DNA of 64,000 bases, from the NCBI GenBank assembly GCA_028873925.1, contig JAPPNA010000162.1:2345-66344 (forward strand). Reading direction: 5' to 3'. The stretch comes from Bacteroidota bacterium. Lineage in GTDB: Bacteria; Bacteroidota; Rhodothermia; Rhodothermales; Bin80. Made by a program: the position numbers and the translations under genes. Each line of letters begins with the position of its first letter. Positions within the stretch are counted from its first letter, which is position 1. The notes beneath the pieces were generated by a model, which was not told where the DNA came from, did not search any database, and saw only the letters and a list, made by a program, of their open reading frames with translations. Shown piece by piece: positions 1 through 11,057 of this stretch.

Positions 1-82
1 CCGGAAGCCCGCCGATTGCCCTGGCTGTCTCCAGCGCTATCGGATAGCGCACGGCATGCAATCTTGAGAATTACCAATCAAA

Positions 83-478
83 TCACGGTTGGGCTTTCTC
101 CTCGGTGATCTGGATCAGGTTGCCGCAGGTATCGTCAAAGACTGCGATTACGGCAGGCCCGACATCGGTCGGCGGCTTCACGAATCGCACCCCTTTGGCC
201 ACGAGACGCTCATGCTCGGCTTCAACATCGTCGACCGCGAAGGAGGTATAGGGTATCCCGTCCGCTACGAGCGCCTTCCTGAATGGACCGACAGCGGGGT
301 GTGCAGCAGGCTCAAGCAATAACTCGGTCCCGTCTGGAGCCTCCTCGGATACCACGGTGATCCACGCGTATTCTCCCAGAGAGATGTTGTGCTTGAGTTG
401 AAAGCCAAGCGTTTCCGTGTAGAATCGAAGTGCCTGCTGCTGGTCATCCACGCAGACGCTGGTCAGATTGATTCTCAT
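83..478 (-). CDS. VOC family (glyoxalase/bleomycin resistance) protein
   Basis: 131 aa. Typical VOC sequence: V.DQQQALRFYTETLGF, FAVDDVEAEHERL..KGVRF, AVFDDTCGNLIQI. Confidence 0.9.
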   Translation of the reverse strand: MRINLTSVCVDDQQQALRFYTETLGFQLKHNISLGEYAWITVVSEEAPDGTELLLEPAAHPAVGPFRKALVADGIPYTSFAVDDVEAEHERLVAKGVRFVKPPTDVGPAVIAVFDDTCGNLIQITEEKAQP

Positions 479-1240
479 GTGCTGATGTGTTCACCCGTTG
501 ATGGCCCTCTTCCATTCAGATCGGCCACCGATCCGTGATTGCCTTCACCGGGGGGGCCATATGCCATTCCAAGTCTTACCTTCCCGCACACCGAATGATC
601 CGGTGGCTTCTGAAATCTCCAGATGAGGCGAGATCATCTGCTGCGAAAAACCAATGCCGTGTTTCATAAAATGGCATGCGCTATGCCGGCAGATTCATTA
701 ATTCCGTCGGCAAGGGCGCAGCTGAATTCCTTATGTCGCAGGATTGGGAGCACGGACTTGTCCATCAATTCCTGCGGATATATTGGCGTCGTCAAGCGGC
801 CCGCACACCTGTGCATCGCGGAACAACGATGTCAACCGGCCACAGACGAAAGATTCCGGGCGCACGCAAAAGACTCCATGCCCGATCGTACCGGGTGGAT
901 CACCATGCACCTCCAATCGGACTGGTCACATGAGTTAACCGGCAGGCTGCCCCGGCAGTATCTTGGACCATCCTAATGCCCTGTCACAATTCAAGTATTT
1001 TATTAAGTATACCTCATAAATTCCTGCCATCATTACGCTTTGTCCGCACATCATGGTGAGTAACACTCAAGTTGACCCGATCGCATAGTGGTCATTTAAA
1101 TCCCCGGCGGGTCGGCCCCGGGCGGCCTCTTCAGATGCCGCGGATTGGCCTGTGATAGGGCACCAACAACGAGTCCTGCCCGCTGCGGTATGGAGCGGAC
1201 AGGACATAACTCCGCCCCAGGCCTTCCGCAAGGGGCCCAT

Positions 1241-3988
1241 TCACCCGGTGCTCTGCATCGCCGCTGCAATGCCGTTGACACTCAGCAGCAGCGCGTGCGT
1301 GAGTCGTTTGCGGTCGTCGTCAGACCCGTTGCGGCTGCGTCGCATGAGCTCAATCTGTACCAGATTCAGAACATCCGTATAGGGATTGCGCAGGGCAATC
1401 GACTTAGCTATGACCGGCGAGTTGTCAAGGATTTCCTGCTGACCGGTAATCTGCAGAATCGCGCCTCTGGCCCGGTCAAAATCCGCCGCAATGAGCGCGT
1501 GCATCGCCTGACCATCCTCAGCGTCCGCTGACAAAGCCGCATAGCGCTCCGCCATTTCCAGACGGGCGCGGCCCATTTCGCGCTGTGCGCTGTTGACGAC
1601 CGCCCGAAAAAATGGCCACTGACGGTACATCCGCTTCAGATCTTCACCACGCTCTTCCAACAGAGCCTCCAAACCGGCACCGGCCCCATACCAGCCGGGC
1701 ACAAGGTAGCGGGCCTGGGTCCAGGCGAATACCCAGGGGATGGCCCGCAAATCTTCAAACGCTACCTCCTGCGCCGACGAACGGGACACCGGACGGGAGG
1801 CAATCGGCAGCTGGCTGATCTGCTCAATCGGGGTGACCGATATATACCAGGGCCACAACACCGGATGCTGCACCAGTGACCGATAGGCCGCCATCGAAGT
1901 CTCGGCTATCTCACCGACCCGTGAAAAATCGACATCATCCTGCTGCCCGACCAAGGGGGCAATCAGCATGGCCCGCGTGATCTGCTCCAAATGCCGGTGC
2001 GCTATCGCCGGCAGAGCATATCGGAACGAAATCACCTCTCCCTGTTCCGTGAAGCGGATGCGCCCGTTATGGGTTTCAGCCGGCATCGCCAGGATGGCCT
2101 GACCGGCACGCCCGCCGCCCCGACCGACCGTACCCCCGCGGCCGTGAAAAAAACGCAACTCAACCCCGTGCTCCCGGCAGATGCGGGCAATGCTTCCCTG
2201 TGCCTCATGCAAAGCCCAATTCGCCATCCAGTACCCGCCATCCTTGTTGCTGTCGGAATATCCCAGCATGATTTCCTGGAGCCCCTGGCGGCAGTCAAGA
2301 TGCCTGCGGTAGGTGGGGTGTACGAACAGGTCCCGGAGCAGGGTATCGGCGCGATGCAGGTCTTCCACCGTCTCAAACAGCGGCACCACATCCAGTGGCG
2401 ATCTAACCTCGCCATCAACCAACTGCCAGATCCCGGACTCTTTGGCCAACAGGAGTACCTCCAGAATGTGGCTGGTTTCATGGGTCATGCTGACCACATA
2501 GCTGCCCAAGGCCGCAGGAACAGTACGAACGATTTCCCGAATCACGTCAAAGGTATCCATGACCTCCTGCACTGGTGGAGGTAGTGCAGCACCACGAGGC
2601 ATCAGCGGACGCGGATTCCCCAGCTCACGCGTAAGAATCCCGGTCCTGTCCGACTCCGAAAGCCGCTGGTAGTCTTCACACACATCCGCCATCCGCAGCA
2701 GGGTGGCCACAGCTTCCCCGTGCCGCTGGCTGTGCTGACGTATGTCCAGAGCAGCCATATGGAACCCGAAAATCCGGGCCTGCGTGATCATCCGACCCAA
2801 GTACCCGTGGTTGACCAGATGCCCGTGGCCCATCTGCGTCAGCGCTTCACCGACCAGCGTCAGATCCGCCAGGTACCGCTCTATGTTGTACGCCTGGCTG
2901 TTCATGTCGCGGGCCCGCTTTATACGCTGCATCATAAAGCTGATCTTGCTGCGGAAGGGCTCGCGAACAAACTGTCGTTCTTCATGATCGGACAGTGTTA
3001 GTGTGCGGGCATCTTCCGCAATTGAAGCAATCAGGCGCTCAGGGATTTTGGCAAGGTGCCCGGACACACTCAAATCACGCCGCAGGACGCGCAGGTCCTC
3101 CAGATAGCGGCTCAATACCGCCCGACGCTGCATGGCCAGTGTTGCCCGGGTGACCTCGGCGGTCACATTGGGATTGCCATCCCGGTCGCCGCCGATCCAA
3201 GAGCGGAAACGCGCAAAGATCGGCACCTGGATTTCGGCACCGTAATGCCTAACAACAGCCCGCTCCACATCCCGGTGGATTTGAGGCAAGGTGGTCCAGA
3301 TGGCATTACGGAGATAGTAAAGTCCGTTATAGACTTCGTCGGATACGGTGGGCTTGCTGGCCCGGATATTGTCTGAGGCAACCAGTAGCGCAATCTGGTT
3401 GTGGATCCGGCGAATGGTGGCCTCTCTTCTCTCCGGTGTCAGGTCCTGTCGCAGCAATTCCAGCAGATCAGCCAGATCCTGCTGTTTGTAGAGAATGGTC
3501 CGCCGGCGTGCCTCAGTGGGGTGCGCCGTCAGGGTCGGCTGAATATCCAGCCGCCCAACTGTCGCCAGGGTCTGCTCCAGCGTGCAGCCCGCTGCATGCA
3601 ACATCCCGATAGCTTCATCAATGGATTCCTGACGGGGCGTATCGGGAGACTGGCGGGCCCGATTGCGATTGATTCGGATGATTTCCAGCTGCTCGCACAG
3701 ATTGGCGAGATAGAAGAAGGTGGTAAACGCGCGCAGCACCCATTCAATGTCGTCCAGTTTCAGGCTGGCAATCCGATCGGCCGCCTGCTGCCGCAACTCC
3801 GGCGCGTTCTCGAGGATGGCCCGTTTTGTCAGCAGGCGAAGTTCCTCAATGAGACTGAGCACCCCGTCACCAGCCTGCTCACGGATGACCTGCCCCAGCA
3901 GTCCGCCCGTCAGGTTTATATGCTCACTCAGCGGCACCGAAATCCCGGTCCCTTCAGCCTCCACATCGATCCCTTTCCAGTAATTCAT
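1241..3988 (-). CDS. ppc: Phosphoenolpyruvate carboxylase
   Basis: Motifs [54 protein letters not shown] and C-terminal [10 protein letters not shown]. Confidence 0.97.
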   Translation of the reverse strand: MNYWKGIDVEAEGTGISVPLSEHINLTGGLLGQVIREQAGDGVLSLIEELRLLTKRAILENAPELRQQAADRIASLKLDDIEWVLRAFTTFFYLANLCEQLEIIRINRNRARQSPDTPRQESIDEAIGMLHAAGCTLEQTLATVGRLDIQPTLTAHPTEARRRTILYKQQDLADLLELLRQDLTPERREATIRRIHNQIALLVASDNIRASKPTVSDEVYNGLYYLRNAIWTTLPQIHRDVERAVVRHYGAEIQVPIFARFRSWIGGDRDGNPNVTAEVTRATLAMQRRAVLSRYLEDLRVLRRDLSVSGHLAKIPERLIASIAEDARTLTLSDHEERQFVREPFRSKISFMMQRIKRARDMNSQAYNIERYLADLTLVGEALTQMGHGHLVNHGYLGRMITQARIFGFHMAALDIRQHSQRHGEAVATLLRMADVCEDYQRLSESDRTGILTRELGNPRPLMPRGAALPPPVQEVMDTFDVIREIVRTVPAALGSYVVSMTHETSHILEVLLLAKESGIWQLVDGEVRSPLDVVPLFETVEDLHRADTLLRDLFVHPTYRRHLDCRQGLQEIMLGYSDSNKDGGYWMANWALHEAQGSIARICREHGVELRFFHGRGGTVGRGGGRAGQAILAMPAETHNGRIRFTEQGEVISFRYALPAIAHRHLEQITRAMLIAPLVGQQDDVDFSRVGEIAETSMAAYRSLVQHPVLWPWYISVTPIEQISQLPIASRPVSRSSAQEVAFEDLRAIPWVFAWTQARYLVPGWYGAGAGLEALLEERGEDLKRMYRQWPFFRAVVNSAQREMGRARLEMAERYAALSADAEDGQAMHALIAADFDRARGAILQITGQQEILDNSPVIAKSIALRNPYTDVLNLVQIELMRRSRNGSDDDRKRLTHALLLSVNGIAAAMQSTG

Positions 3989-4177
3989 CTAAAGGCCCTG
4001 CAGTCACATCCAAATTAGCGCATCCGGCAGGCGCGCATGATTCAGATGTCGATTATTCAACGTTCCTTCTAATTCGGGTCTGATGCAGTTCCGCCTGCAG
4101 ATAGCCGTTCCGCCGGGCCACAGTCGGCACAAACCTGAGGCTGCGGGGTCTAATCGGCAAACAGATTGCTCATTGCC

Positions 4178-4465
4178 GTGACCAAAGCCGATCTGCTGGA
4201 TCAGATAGCCGCCGGAACCGGATTGACAAAGATTGAAGTTTCGGCCGTGATCGAAGGATTCATGTTGCTGGTGGCCAAAGCCCTGGAAAACGGCGAATCC
4301 GTCGACCTGCGCGGATTCGGCTCATTCAAGGTGCGCAAGCGCGCTGCACGCAAATCCCGCAACCCCTCAACCAACGAGGAGATCCATTTGGGCCCGCGAC
4401 ATGTACCGATCTTCAAGCCCTCACGGGATCTGCGGGATTCGGTCAACAACTCGCTGTCTGCATGA
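4178..4465 (+). CDS. HU/IHF family DNA-binding protein
   Basis: MTKADLLDQIA...VDLRGFGSFKVRKRAARKSRNPST...VPIFKPS. GTG start at 4178 chosen. Confidence 0.93.
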   Translation: MTKADLLDQIAAGTGLTKIEVSAVIEGFMLLVAKALENGESVDLRGFGSFKVRKRAARKSRNPSTNEEIHLGPRHVPIFKPSRDLRDSVNNSLSA

Positions 4466-5457
4466 GCCCGCTGACCTGTACCGAATGCGGTGGGCGCGTG
4501 GATCCCGATCAGACGCAATGTGACCTGTGTGGATGGAGTGTAAATGTAACGCCCCGTCAGGCCGCCCGGGCTGAAGCGCTGGTCGCGGCACCGGGTCCGT
4601 TCTGTAACGACTGCGGCGGGGGTAATCCCGCCGGTGCACGGTTCTGCTCCCACTGCGGCAAGGCACTGCAGGTGTTTCCCCCACCGGCCGCGCGACCTCG
4701 GAAGCCTGCAGATAGGCGCAATGCATCCGTAGCCGCCGGTACAGGACGGCAGGTTGCGCTGATATTCGGACTCGCCGCCCTGCTGATCGTGGCTCTGTTC
4801 ATGATTACCGCGATCAGTAAGCAGACGCACCGCCCGGACCTTGCCCTTGCCGCACCGCCGCAGGCATCGCCGGCGGTAGCGCGTGCCCCGCTGAGTGCCG
4901 GTCTGAGCCAGCAGGTGGCGGCGCTGGATAATGCTATCGCTGAAGATACCAGCCTCGCCTTGGAACGCGAAAAAGTCTTTGTGCTGGCCCAGGGAGGACG
5001 GACTGACCTCGCTGCGGAAGCACAGCAGAATATCGCCCGGCGTTCCGGTGAAGCAGAAGACTGGCGCATGGCTGGCAACCTTTACTTTGACTGGATGATA
5101 GTTGAAGAAGATCCGTCCGAACGGAGCCGGGCGGCCGGTCTGGCCGTGACCGCCTATCAGGCGGTACTGACGCGGAATCCCGACAACCACGATGTGCGCA
5201 CCGATATGGCTACCGCATACCTCAGTACCGGCAATCCAATGCTGGGTGTCACCGCCATCAAGCAGGTGCTAGAGGCCGAACCGGATCATCTCAATGCTAA
5301 CTTCAATTACGGGCTCATGCTCGCCCGTATCAATCGGACCGATCAGGCTCTTGAACAGCTGACGCGCGTGCTGGAACTGTCTCCGGACACCGCATCCACC
5401 CATAACCGGCGCGCGCAGGCGCTGATGGCCTCAATCAGGGGACAAGCTGGCTCCTGA
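4462..5457 (+). CDS. Zinc-ribbon, single-TM, TPR protein
   Basis: Four CxxC motifs (CTEC, CDLC, CNDC, CSHC), one hydrophobic segment, C-terminal TPR-like helices (ANFNYGLMLAR). ATGA overlap with HU. Confidence 0.8.
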   Translation: MSPLTCTECGGRVDPDQTQCDLCGWSVNVTPRQAARAEALVAAPGPFCNDCGGGNPAGARFCSHCGKALQVFPPPAARPRKPADRRNASVAAGTGRQVALIFGLAALLIVALFMITAISKQTHRPDLALAAPPQASPAVARAPLSAGLSQQVAALDNAIAEDTSLALEREKVFVLAQGGRTDLAAEAQQNIARRSGEAEDWRMAGNLYFDWMIVEEDPSERSRAAGLAVTAYQAVLTRNPDNHDVRTDMATAYLSTGNPMLGVTAIKQVLEAEPDHLNANFNYGLMLARINRTDQALEQLTRVLELSPDTASTHNRRAQALMASIRGQAGS

Positions 5458-6188
5458 TGCGTGCCGCACTCATTGCCGGGGTGCTGCTGGCAGGATGCAG
5501 CAGCAACGATACGCAGGACCTGGTGGTGTTCGCAGCCGCTTCACTTACCGATGCTCTGGAAGCGGTGGCGGACAGGTTTGAAGAATCCCACCCCGGTACA
5601 CAGGTGCACATCAGCGTAGGCCCCAGCTCACTGCTGGCCCGGCAGATTCAGCATGGTGCCCCGGCCGATGTATTCATCGCCGCCAACCCGGACTGGACCG
5701 ACCTGCTGACCGACAATGGGCTGGCCGTGTCCAGAGGCGACTTTGTGCTCACCAACAGATTGGTGGCCGTAGCACGCTCCGGTGCCAAACCGCTCAGCTC
5801 ACTGGAGGACCTCGTTGGATACGGCCGCATAGCGGTGGCCGATCCCACACATGTTCCGGCCGGCGTGTATGCCCGTCAGTCCCTGACCTGTGCCGGTCTG
5901 TGGGACCCGCTGGCCGCGCAGATTATTCCGACACTTGATGTACGAGCTGCTGCGGTGGCTGTCACCAGCGGCGCAGCCGACCTGGCCATTATCTACGCGA
6001 CCGATGTGATGCTGACACCGCAACTCTCCGTGCTGCTCGCGTGGCCTCAGATCTGCGCGCCGGACATTGCCTATGCCGCATCCGTGGTCAGTCAACGGCC
6101 GACAACTGAAACGGCCGAATCCTTTGTAACCTTTGCAGCAGGTCCGATTACAGATTCCCTCTGGGCGCAATTCGGGTTCAGCCGATGA
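5457..6188 (+). CDS. modA: Molybdate ABC transporter substrate-binding lipoprotein
   Basis: Lipobox LAGC; VFAAASLTDAL, LARQIQHGAPADVFIAAN, VPAGVYA. Confidence 0.92.
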   Translation: MRAALIAGVLLAGCSSNDTQDLVVFAAASLTDALEAVADRFEESHPGTQVHISVGPSSLLARQIQHGAPADVFIAANPDWTDLLTDNGLAVSRGDFVLTNRLVAVARSGAKPLSSLEDLVGYGRIAVADPTHVPAGVYARQSLTCAGLWDPLAAQIIPTLDVRAAAVAVTSGAADLAIIYATDVMLTPQLSVLLAWPQICAPDIAYAASVVSQRPTTETAESFVTFAAGPITDSLWAQFGFSR

Positions 6189-6853
6189 TGCTCACGCCGG
6201 ACGAATGGAGCATTCTGGGGTTATCCGTACGCGTAGCACTGCTGGCCGTAGCCCTGATCGTGGTTCCGGGCGCGGCTACGGCATGGTACCTTTCGCGCCG
6301 CCATACACATACGGCCTTTATAGTGGAGAATCTGGTTCAGCTGCCGCTGGTGCTGCCGCCGGTCGTTACCGGACTGGCACTGCTGGTGGTATTGGGACCG
6401 GAAGGGCCCGTGGGACACCTGCTCGGTCTGCAGATTGCCTTTACCGGGTGGGCCGCCGCGGGTGCCGCTGGCATCATGGCCTTTCCGCTGCTGGTACAAA
6501 CCTTTAGAGTTGCCTTTGAACAAATTGATCCACAATGGGAAGAGGCGGTACTGGTATTCGGCGGCGGGCGCTGGGATGCATTCCGGCTGGTAACAGTGCC
6601 GATTGCCGCAAAAGGGGTCTTGGCTGGTATCGTCCTGGGATTTGCGCGCGCCATTGGTGAATTTGGAGCGACCATGATATTTGCCGGAAATCTGCCGGGA
6701 CGCACGCAGACGATTCCGCTGGCCGTATTTTCAAGGTTGGGCCAGATCGGCGGAGAGGTCTATCTGATCCGGCTGGTACTCATCGCGGTGCTGCTGTCTG
6801 CGCTGAGTCTCACGGCGCATGCCGTCCTGACCCGGCGACTGCACCGAAACTGA
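6185..6853 (+). CDS. modB: Molybdate ABC transporter permease
   Basis: LPLVLPPVVTG and FARAIGEFGATMIFAGNLPGRTQTIPLA; follows modA. Confidence 0.93.
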   Translation: MMLTPDEWSILGLSVRVALLAVALIVVPGAATAWYLSRRHTHTAFIVENLVQLPLVLPPVVTGLALLVVLGPEGPVGHLLGLQIAFTGWAAAGAAGIMAFPLLVQTFRVAFEQIDPQWEEAVLVFGGGRWDAFRLVTVPIAAKGVLAGIVLGFARAIGEFGATMIFAGNLPGRTQTIPLAVFSRLGQIGGEVYLIRLVLIAVLLSALSLTAHAVLTRRLHRN

Positions 6854-6876
6854 ATCTTTTGAAACACAATCAACAC

Positions 6877-7530
6877 ATGAAAAAACTGCTGACTGAATCG
6901 GACCAGACACTCATCAAGGAAGCCGTGGCGGCGGCGGAGCAGCGTACCTCCGGCGAAATCGTACCCTATATCGTGCCGCGCAGCGGAGACTATGAGGTTG
7001 CGCTCTGGCGCGGAGCGGGAATCTGTACGCTGATCGCCAGCACCGTAGTGTTACTGGTATGGCGATTTTACGGGTGGGATGTCCCTATCTGGGTACAGGG
7101 TGTCACTCCGGTACTGGTATTGATGTCTGCCGGTGTACTGGGAGCAATCATCGTGCGTGTGATTCCGGCACTCCACCGATGGCTCGCCGGCAGCGAGCGA
7201 CTCGATCGCACCGTGAACCGGCGTGCGGTGGCAGCTTTTATGGAAAAAGAGATCTTCCTGACAAAAGAACGCACCGGGATTCTGCTGTTTGTGTCCGTGT
7301 TTGAGCATCGGATTCAGGTGATCGGTGACAGTGGCATTAATGCTCAGGTTATGCAGGAGGACTGGGCGGATGTGGTGCGGGCCGTTCGTGAGGGAGTCAG
7401 CAAGGGCAACCTGGCGGAAGGCCTAATCGCCGGCATCGACATCTGCGGCACACTACTGGAGCTTAGCGGGCTGAATATTCGCCCGGATGACGAGAATGAG
7501 CTGCCGGACGATGTGAGCTTCGGCACATAG
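6877..7530 (+). CDS. TPM-domain membrane protein
   Basis: AVAAAEQRTSGEIV, TKERTGILLFVSVFEHRIQVIGDSGIN, C-terminal DDENELPD. Confidence 0.85.
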   Translation: MKKLLTESDQTLIKEAVAAAEQRTSGEIVPYIVPRSGDYEVALWRGAGICTLIASTVVLLVWRFYGWDVPIWVQGVTPVLVLMSAGVLGAIIVRVIPALHRWLAGSERLDRTVNRRAVAAFMEKEIFLTKERTGILLFVSVFEHRIQVIGDSGINAQVMQEDWADVVRAVREGVSKGNLAEGLIAGIDICGTLLELSGLNIRPDDENELPDDVSFGT

Positions 7531-7549
7531 TCCATTTGACCAGGCCGGT

Positions 7550-10500
7550 ATGCAATGGCACCGAGCAGTATGGATTGCACTTCTTCCGCTACTTGTAGAG
7601 GCGGCATCCGCACAGCCGCTGGGGGCTTACAAAGACACACTGCGCGGTCCCCAGCCTTACATCCTGCGCTCATTTGTCGTGCCTGGAACGGTGGCCCTAC
7701 ACGCGCATGGCGCACTGCTGGACACCACCGAATACACGATTGATCACCGGTTCGGACACCTCTGGATCCCCTCATTGGCGGCCGAGGATACCGCCTTTGT
7801 GACTTATCAGGCCTGGGGGCTGGATCTTCAGGAAACCTACCGTCTGGTCCGCCCGCACAGACCGCAGCGAAACGATACCACGCAGGCTGCTGCCGCCGCT
7901 GCCGGACCGCCCCCCAATCCGGCCTATACGCTGAGGCACTCGGGTTCCATCACGCGGGGGGTCCTGGCTGGCAACAATCGGGATGCGATTATTGAATCCG
8001 GATTGCGCCTGCAGCTTTCGGGCCAGGTCGCCAAGAATGTGAGCGTACAGGCAGTCCTGACCGACGAAAGCGTACCTATTGTGCCGGAAGGCACTACCCA
8101 GCGACTTGAAGAACTTGACCGAGTATTCATTGAGATAGCCGCACCGCGCGGCAATGCGCAGCTGGGGGACATTGACATTCGCATGGACGAAACGGTCTTC
8201 GGCAGGCTGACCCGCAAAGTGCAGGGAGTGGGCGTTAATGCCAGCCTTCCAAACGTCACGCTCAAGGCCACCGCTGCTACATCTCGGGGCGTTTTTCACA
8301 GCCTGGATGTACCCATCCTTGATGGCGTGCAGGGCCCCTACATGCTGACCGGTGCCGCCAACGAACCGTTCATCTTTATCATTCCGGGATCAGAGCGCAT
8401 TTATCTGGACGCGCAACTGCTCCAACGCGGTGAAACCCGTGACTATACAATTGATTACGCGACCGCTGAGCTGACCTTTACCGCCAGCCGACTGATGCGT
8501 GATCACCATAGGGTCGTGGCGGAATTTGAGTACCGCACTACGGAGTTTACACGCACCCTGGTGACTTCCGATGCGGAAGCAGCCCTGGCACGCCGGCCCA
8601 ATGGCACAGCCCGCATACGGCTTGGGGCCGCCTTCCTGAGAGAAGCGGATGGCCAGGCCTTTGATCAGCAGTTCGGCCTGACCGAAGAAGACCGAAGAGT
8701 GTTGGAAGCGGTAGGCGACAACGCAGCCGAGCGCAGCGGAGCCATACCGGTCACCTACGATCCCGACAACCTCTTTACGCATTATGAGCAGATTGATACC
8801 GTTATCAGCGGGCAGCCGCAACAGATCTACCGGGCCGTAACCCGTCAGCCGGCCGGTACGGTGTACCGCGTTCATTTTTCGCAGGTCGGGACAAGCCGCG
8901 GTAGCTATGTGCGCCGGGGACTCAGCACCAACGGGATTGTCTTTGAGTACCGCGGAGAGGGGAGGGGTGACTATGCGCCGGTCCGCGTGCTGCCCCGCCC
9001 GATGCGACAGCAGATGGTGGACTTGCGGGGCAGTTTCGCGCTGCTGCGACAGCTTGAAATTTTTGGGGAGTGGGCCGGATCGCTGTATGATCAGAACAGA
9101 TTCTCAAGTCTGGATGCGGATGATGACCACGCTTCGGCCCACCATGGAGGTCTGCGGTTGGCGGAGGTTCCGGTCGGCTGGGGCACCGCAAGTGCAACGG
9201 TGACCCGGCACCACACTGGGGCGAATTTTACCGCCTTCAATCGGATTAAGCCGGTGGAATTTCATCGGCAGTGGCAGTTGCCTGCATCACGCTCTGTGCG
9301 CCAGTCAGTCGGGGAAACTGTTGACGAAGCAGCCATCAGCTGGCAGCCGACCGCACAGTCAAGCGTGGCGGGCACCGTCGGGCGAATTCAGCAGGGCCCC
9401 TTCTTCACCGGAACCCGCCAAGAATACAAAGTACAGACTCAGGAGGCCGGGCTGCCACAGGTTTCCTATCAGCTCCATTCGATTGCCAGCCAGGCCGACT
9501 CGATCAGCGGCACATGGCTGCGTCAGCAGGCTCGTCTGGATGTCCCGATGCTTGATAGCCGCCTTACGCCGAGTCTGAGCTACAAGCAGAACCGGCGACT
9601 TGAGCGAGCCGGCGGAGGGCTGACACCGAAGTCATCGGATTACTGGCAGCTGTCCCCAAGTCTCGCCTGGCAGGGGAGAACGGGATCTCTGGGTGCTGGC
9701 GTGGACTGGCGCAGCAAAAAGCTGTGGGACCGCGGTGACCTCCTGAGCGGCAGCCAGGCCTATACGCTGGGACTTACCTTTGACCTGCGCCCATCCCGCA
9801 CATGGACTACCGAAGGACGGATTGGATGGCGAACACGCGCCTATAGCGAATACTTCCGTACTCGGCGCGGACTGGTCGATGAGCAATCCCTGGTGATGCA
9901 GTGGACCGGTCGTCTGAGGCCCTGGAAGCAGGCCCTGCAGGTAAACTGGCACTATGAAACCCTGGCCGAGCGTGCGCCGGTGATGCAGGAGATCTTTATC
10001 CGCACGGGGCCGGAACTGGGTGAGTATGTATGGGAAGATGCCAACGGCAACGGTGTTGTGGATCTGGATGAACTCATCCCGGAAACCACCCAGGATGAAG
10101 GCATCTACGCCCGCACGCTAATTCCGTCTGATTCCTTCCAGGCGGTTACCGGCGTACAGGCCCGCCTGAGCATAACGGCGGATCCCGCCCGAATCTGGCG
10201 CAACGCCCCTGAAAGATGGAAAAAGCGGCTTTCCGGTGTAGTCTGGCGCATGCGGGTGGATATTCAGGAAAAAAGCCGCACGCCGCGGGCGAGCGACATC
10301 TACCTGATGCGGCTGGGACGGTTTCGTGACGAAGCCTTTTCGGTGAAGGGCCTGCTGAGCGTTGCCCAGGATGTGTGGCTGCTCCGGGCAAATCCGAATT
10401 TCGGAGCCGAAGGCTCCTGGCGGATGCTCCGCAGCCTGAATGCGCTGGCGGCAGGCGTGGAATCCCGAACGGCTGACCACTGGCAGACGCAGGTCCGCTG

Positions 10501-10993
10501 GAAGCCGCACGCTCTGTGGGGCTTGCGAATGAAATGGGCCCGGAGCCATAAGGTCACCGGCAGCGAGTCCTTTGCCTCACGACGCTATGACATTGCCGCC
10601 ACAGAGCTGGCACCGGAAGTGCTGTTCAACCCGCGGGCCCATCTGACCTTCATTATAAGCACGGCCTATTCGTCCAAAAGTGCGCAGACCCTGGGGGATG
10701 CAGCCATCTGGAAAGTGCCGCTGGAGATGCAGTACAGCCGGGCAGGGCGGTGGAACGCATCAGCCCGCATGGAATGGGCGGCCGTGACCGTTGCAGACGG
10801 TACGCCCTCATCCGGCCTGGCCTACTACGAGCTGACCGACGGAAGGGGGGAAGGTCCGTCCATGCTGTGGCGTTTCAATGCATGGCTGCAGATCACGCGC
10901 ATCCTGCGGGCCACGTTTACGTATACCGGCCATCTTCCCCACCAGGCTCCGCCAGTCCATACGGCGCGCATGCAACTGGGGGCGGTGTTTTAA
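7550..10993 (+). CDS. Large secreted / outer-membrane beta-barrel-like protein of unknown function
   Basis: 1147 aa, signal peptide, amphipathic beta strands in the C-terminal half, terminal Phe (LGAVF). Confidence 0.75.
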   Translation: MQWHRAVWIALLPLLVEAASAQPLGAYKDTLRGPQPYILRSFVVPGTVALHAHGALLDTTEYTIDHRFGHLWIPSLAAEDTAFVTYQAWGLDLQETYRLVRPHRPQRNDTTQAAAAAAGPPPNPAYTLRHSGSITRGVLAGNNRDAIIESGLRLQLSGQVAKNVSVQAVLTDESVPIVPEGTTQRLEELDRVFIEIAAPRGNAQLGDIDIRMDETVFGRLTRKVQGVGVNASLPNVTLKATAATSRGVFHSLDVPILDGVQGPYMLTGAANEPFIFIIPGSERIYLDAQLLQRGETRDYTIDYATAELTFTASRLMRDHHRVVAEFEYRTTEFTRTLVTSDAEAALARRPNGTARIRLGAAFLREADGQAFDQQFGLTEEDRRVLEAVGDNAAERSGAIPVTYDPDNLFTHYEQIDTVISGQPQQIYRAVTRQPAGTVYRVHFSQVGTSRGSYVRRGLSTNGIVFEYRGEGRGDYAPVRVLPRPMRQQMVDLRGSFALLRQLEIFGEWAGSLYDQNRFSSLDADDDHASAHHGGLRLAEVPVGWGTASATVTRHHTGANFTAFNRIKPVEFHRQWQLPASRSVRQSVGETVDEAAISWQPTAQSSVAGTVGRIQQGPFFTGTRQEYKVQTQEAGLPQVSYQLHSIASQADSISGTWLRQQARLDVPMLDSRLTPSLSYKQNRRLERAGGGLTPKSSDYWQLSPSLAWQGRTGSLGAGVDWRSKKLWDRGDLLSGSQAYTLGLTFDLRPSRTWTTEGRIGWRTRAYSEYFRTRRGLVDEQSLVMQWTGRLRPWKQALQVNWHYETLAERAPVMQEIFIRTGPELGEYVWEDANGNGVVDLDELIPETTQDEGIYARTLIPSDSFQAVTGVQARLSITADPARIWRNAPERWKKRLSGVVWRMRVDIQEKSRTPRASDIYLMRLGRFRDEAFSVKGLLSVAQDVWLLRANPNFGAEGSWRMLRSLNALAAGVESRTADHWQTQVRWKPHALWGLRMKWARSHKVTGSESFASRRYDIAATELAPEVLFNPRAHLTFIISTAYSSKSAQTLGDAAIWKVPLEMQYSRAGRWNASARMEWAAVTVADGTPSSGLAYYELTDGRGEGPSMLWRFNAWLQITRILRATFTYTGHLPHQAPPVHTARMQLGAVF

Positions 10994-11057
10994 GTTGAAC
11001 CTACGGTTTCCGGTCCGTATCTTGATTGGTTGCATTCATTGCTAAGACTTGACATAG

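Noticed and set aside
480-1240. Short ORFs (623-976, 676-933, 731-916) between the VOC gene and ppc
   Set aside because: No recognisable motifs and they overlap each other. Possibly decayed DNA, but not callable.
4201-5190. Long antisense ORFs (this one, also 13675-14652, 34855-35844, 35918-36715)
   Set aside because: Shadow frames of clear genes in GC-rich DNA; no motifs.
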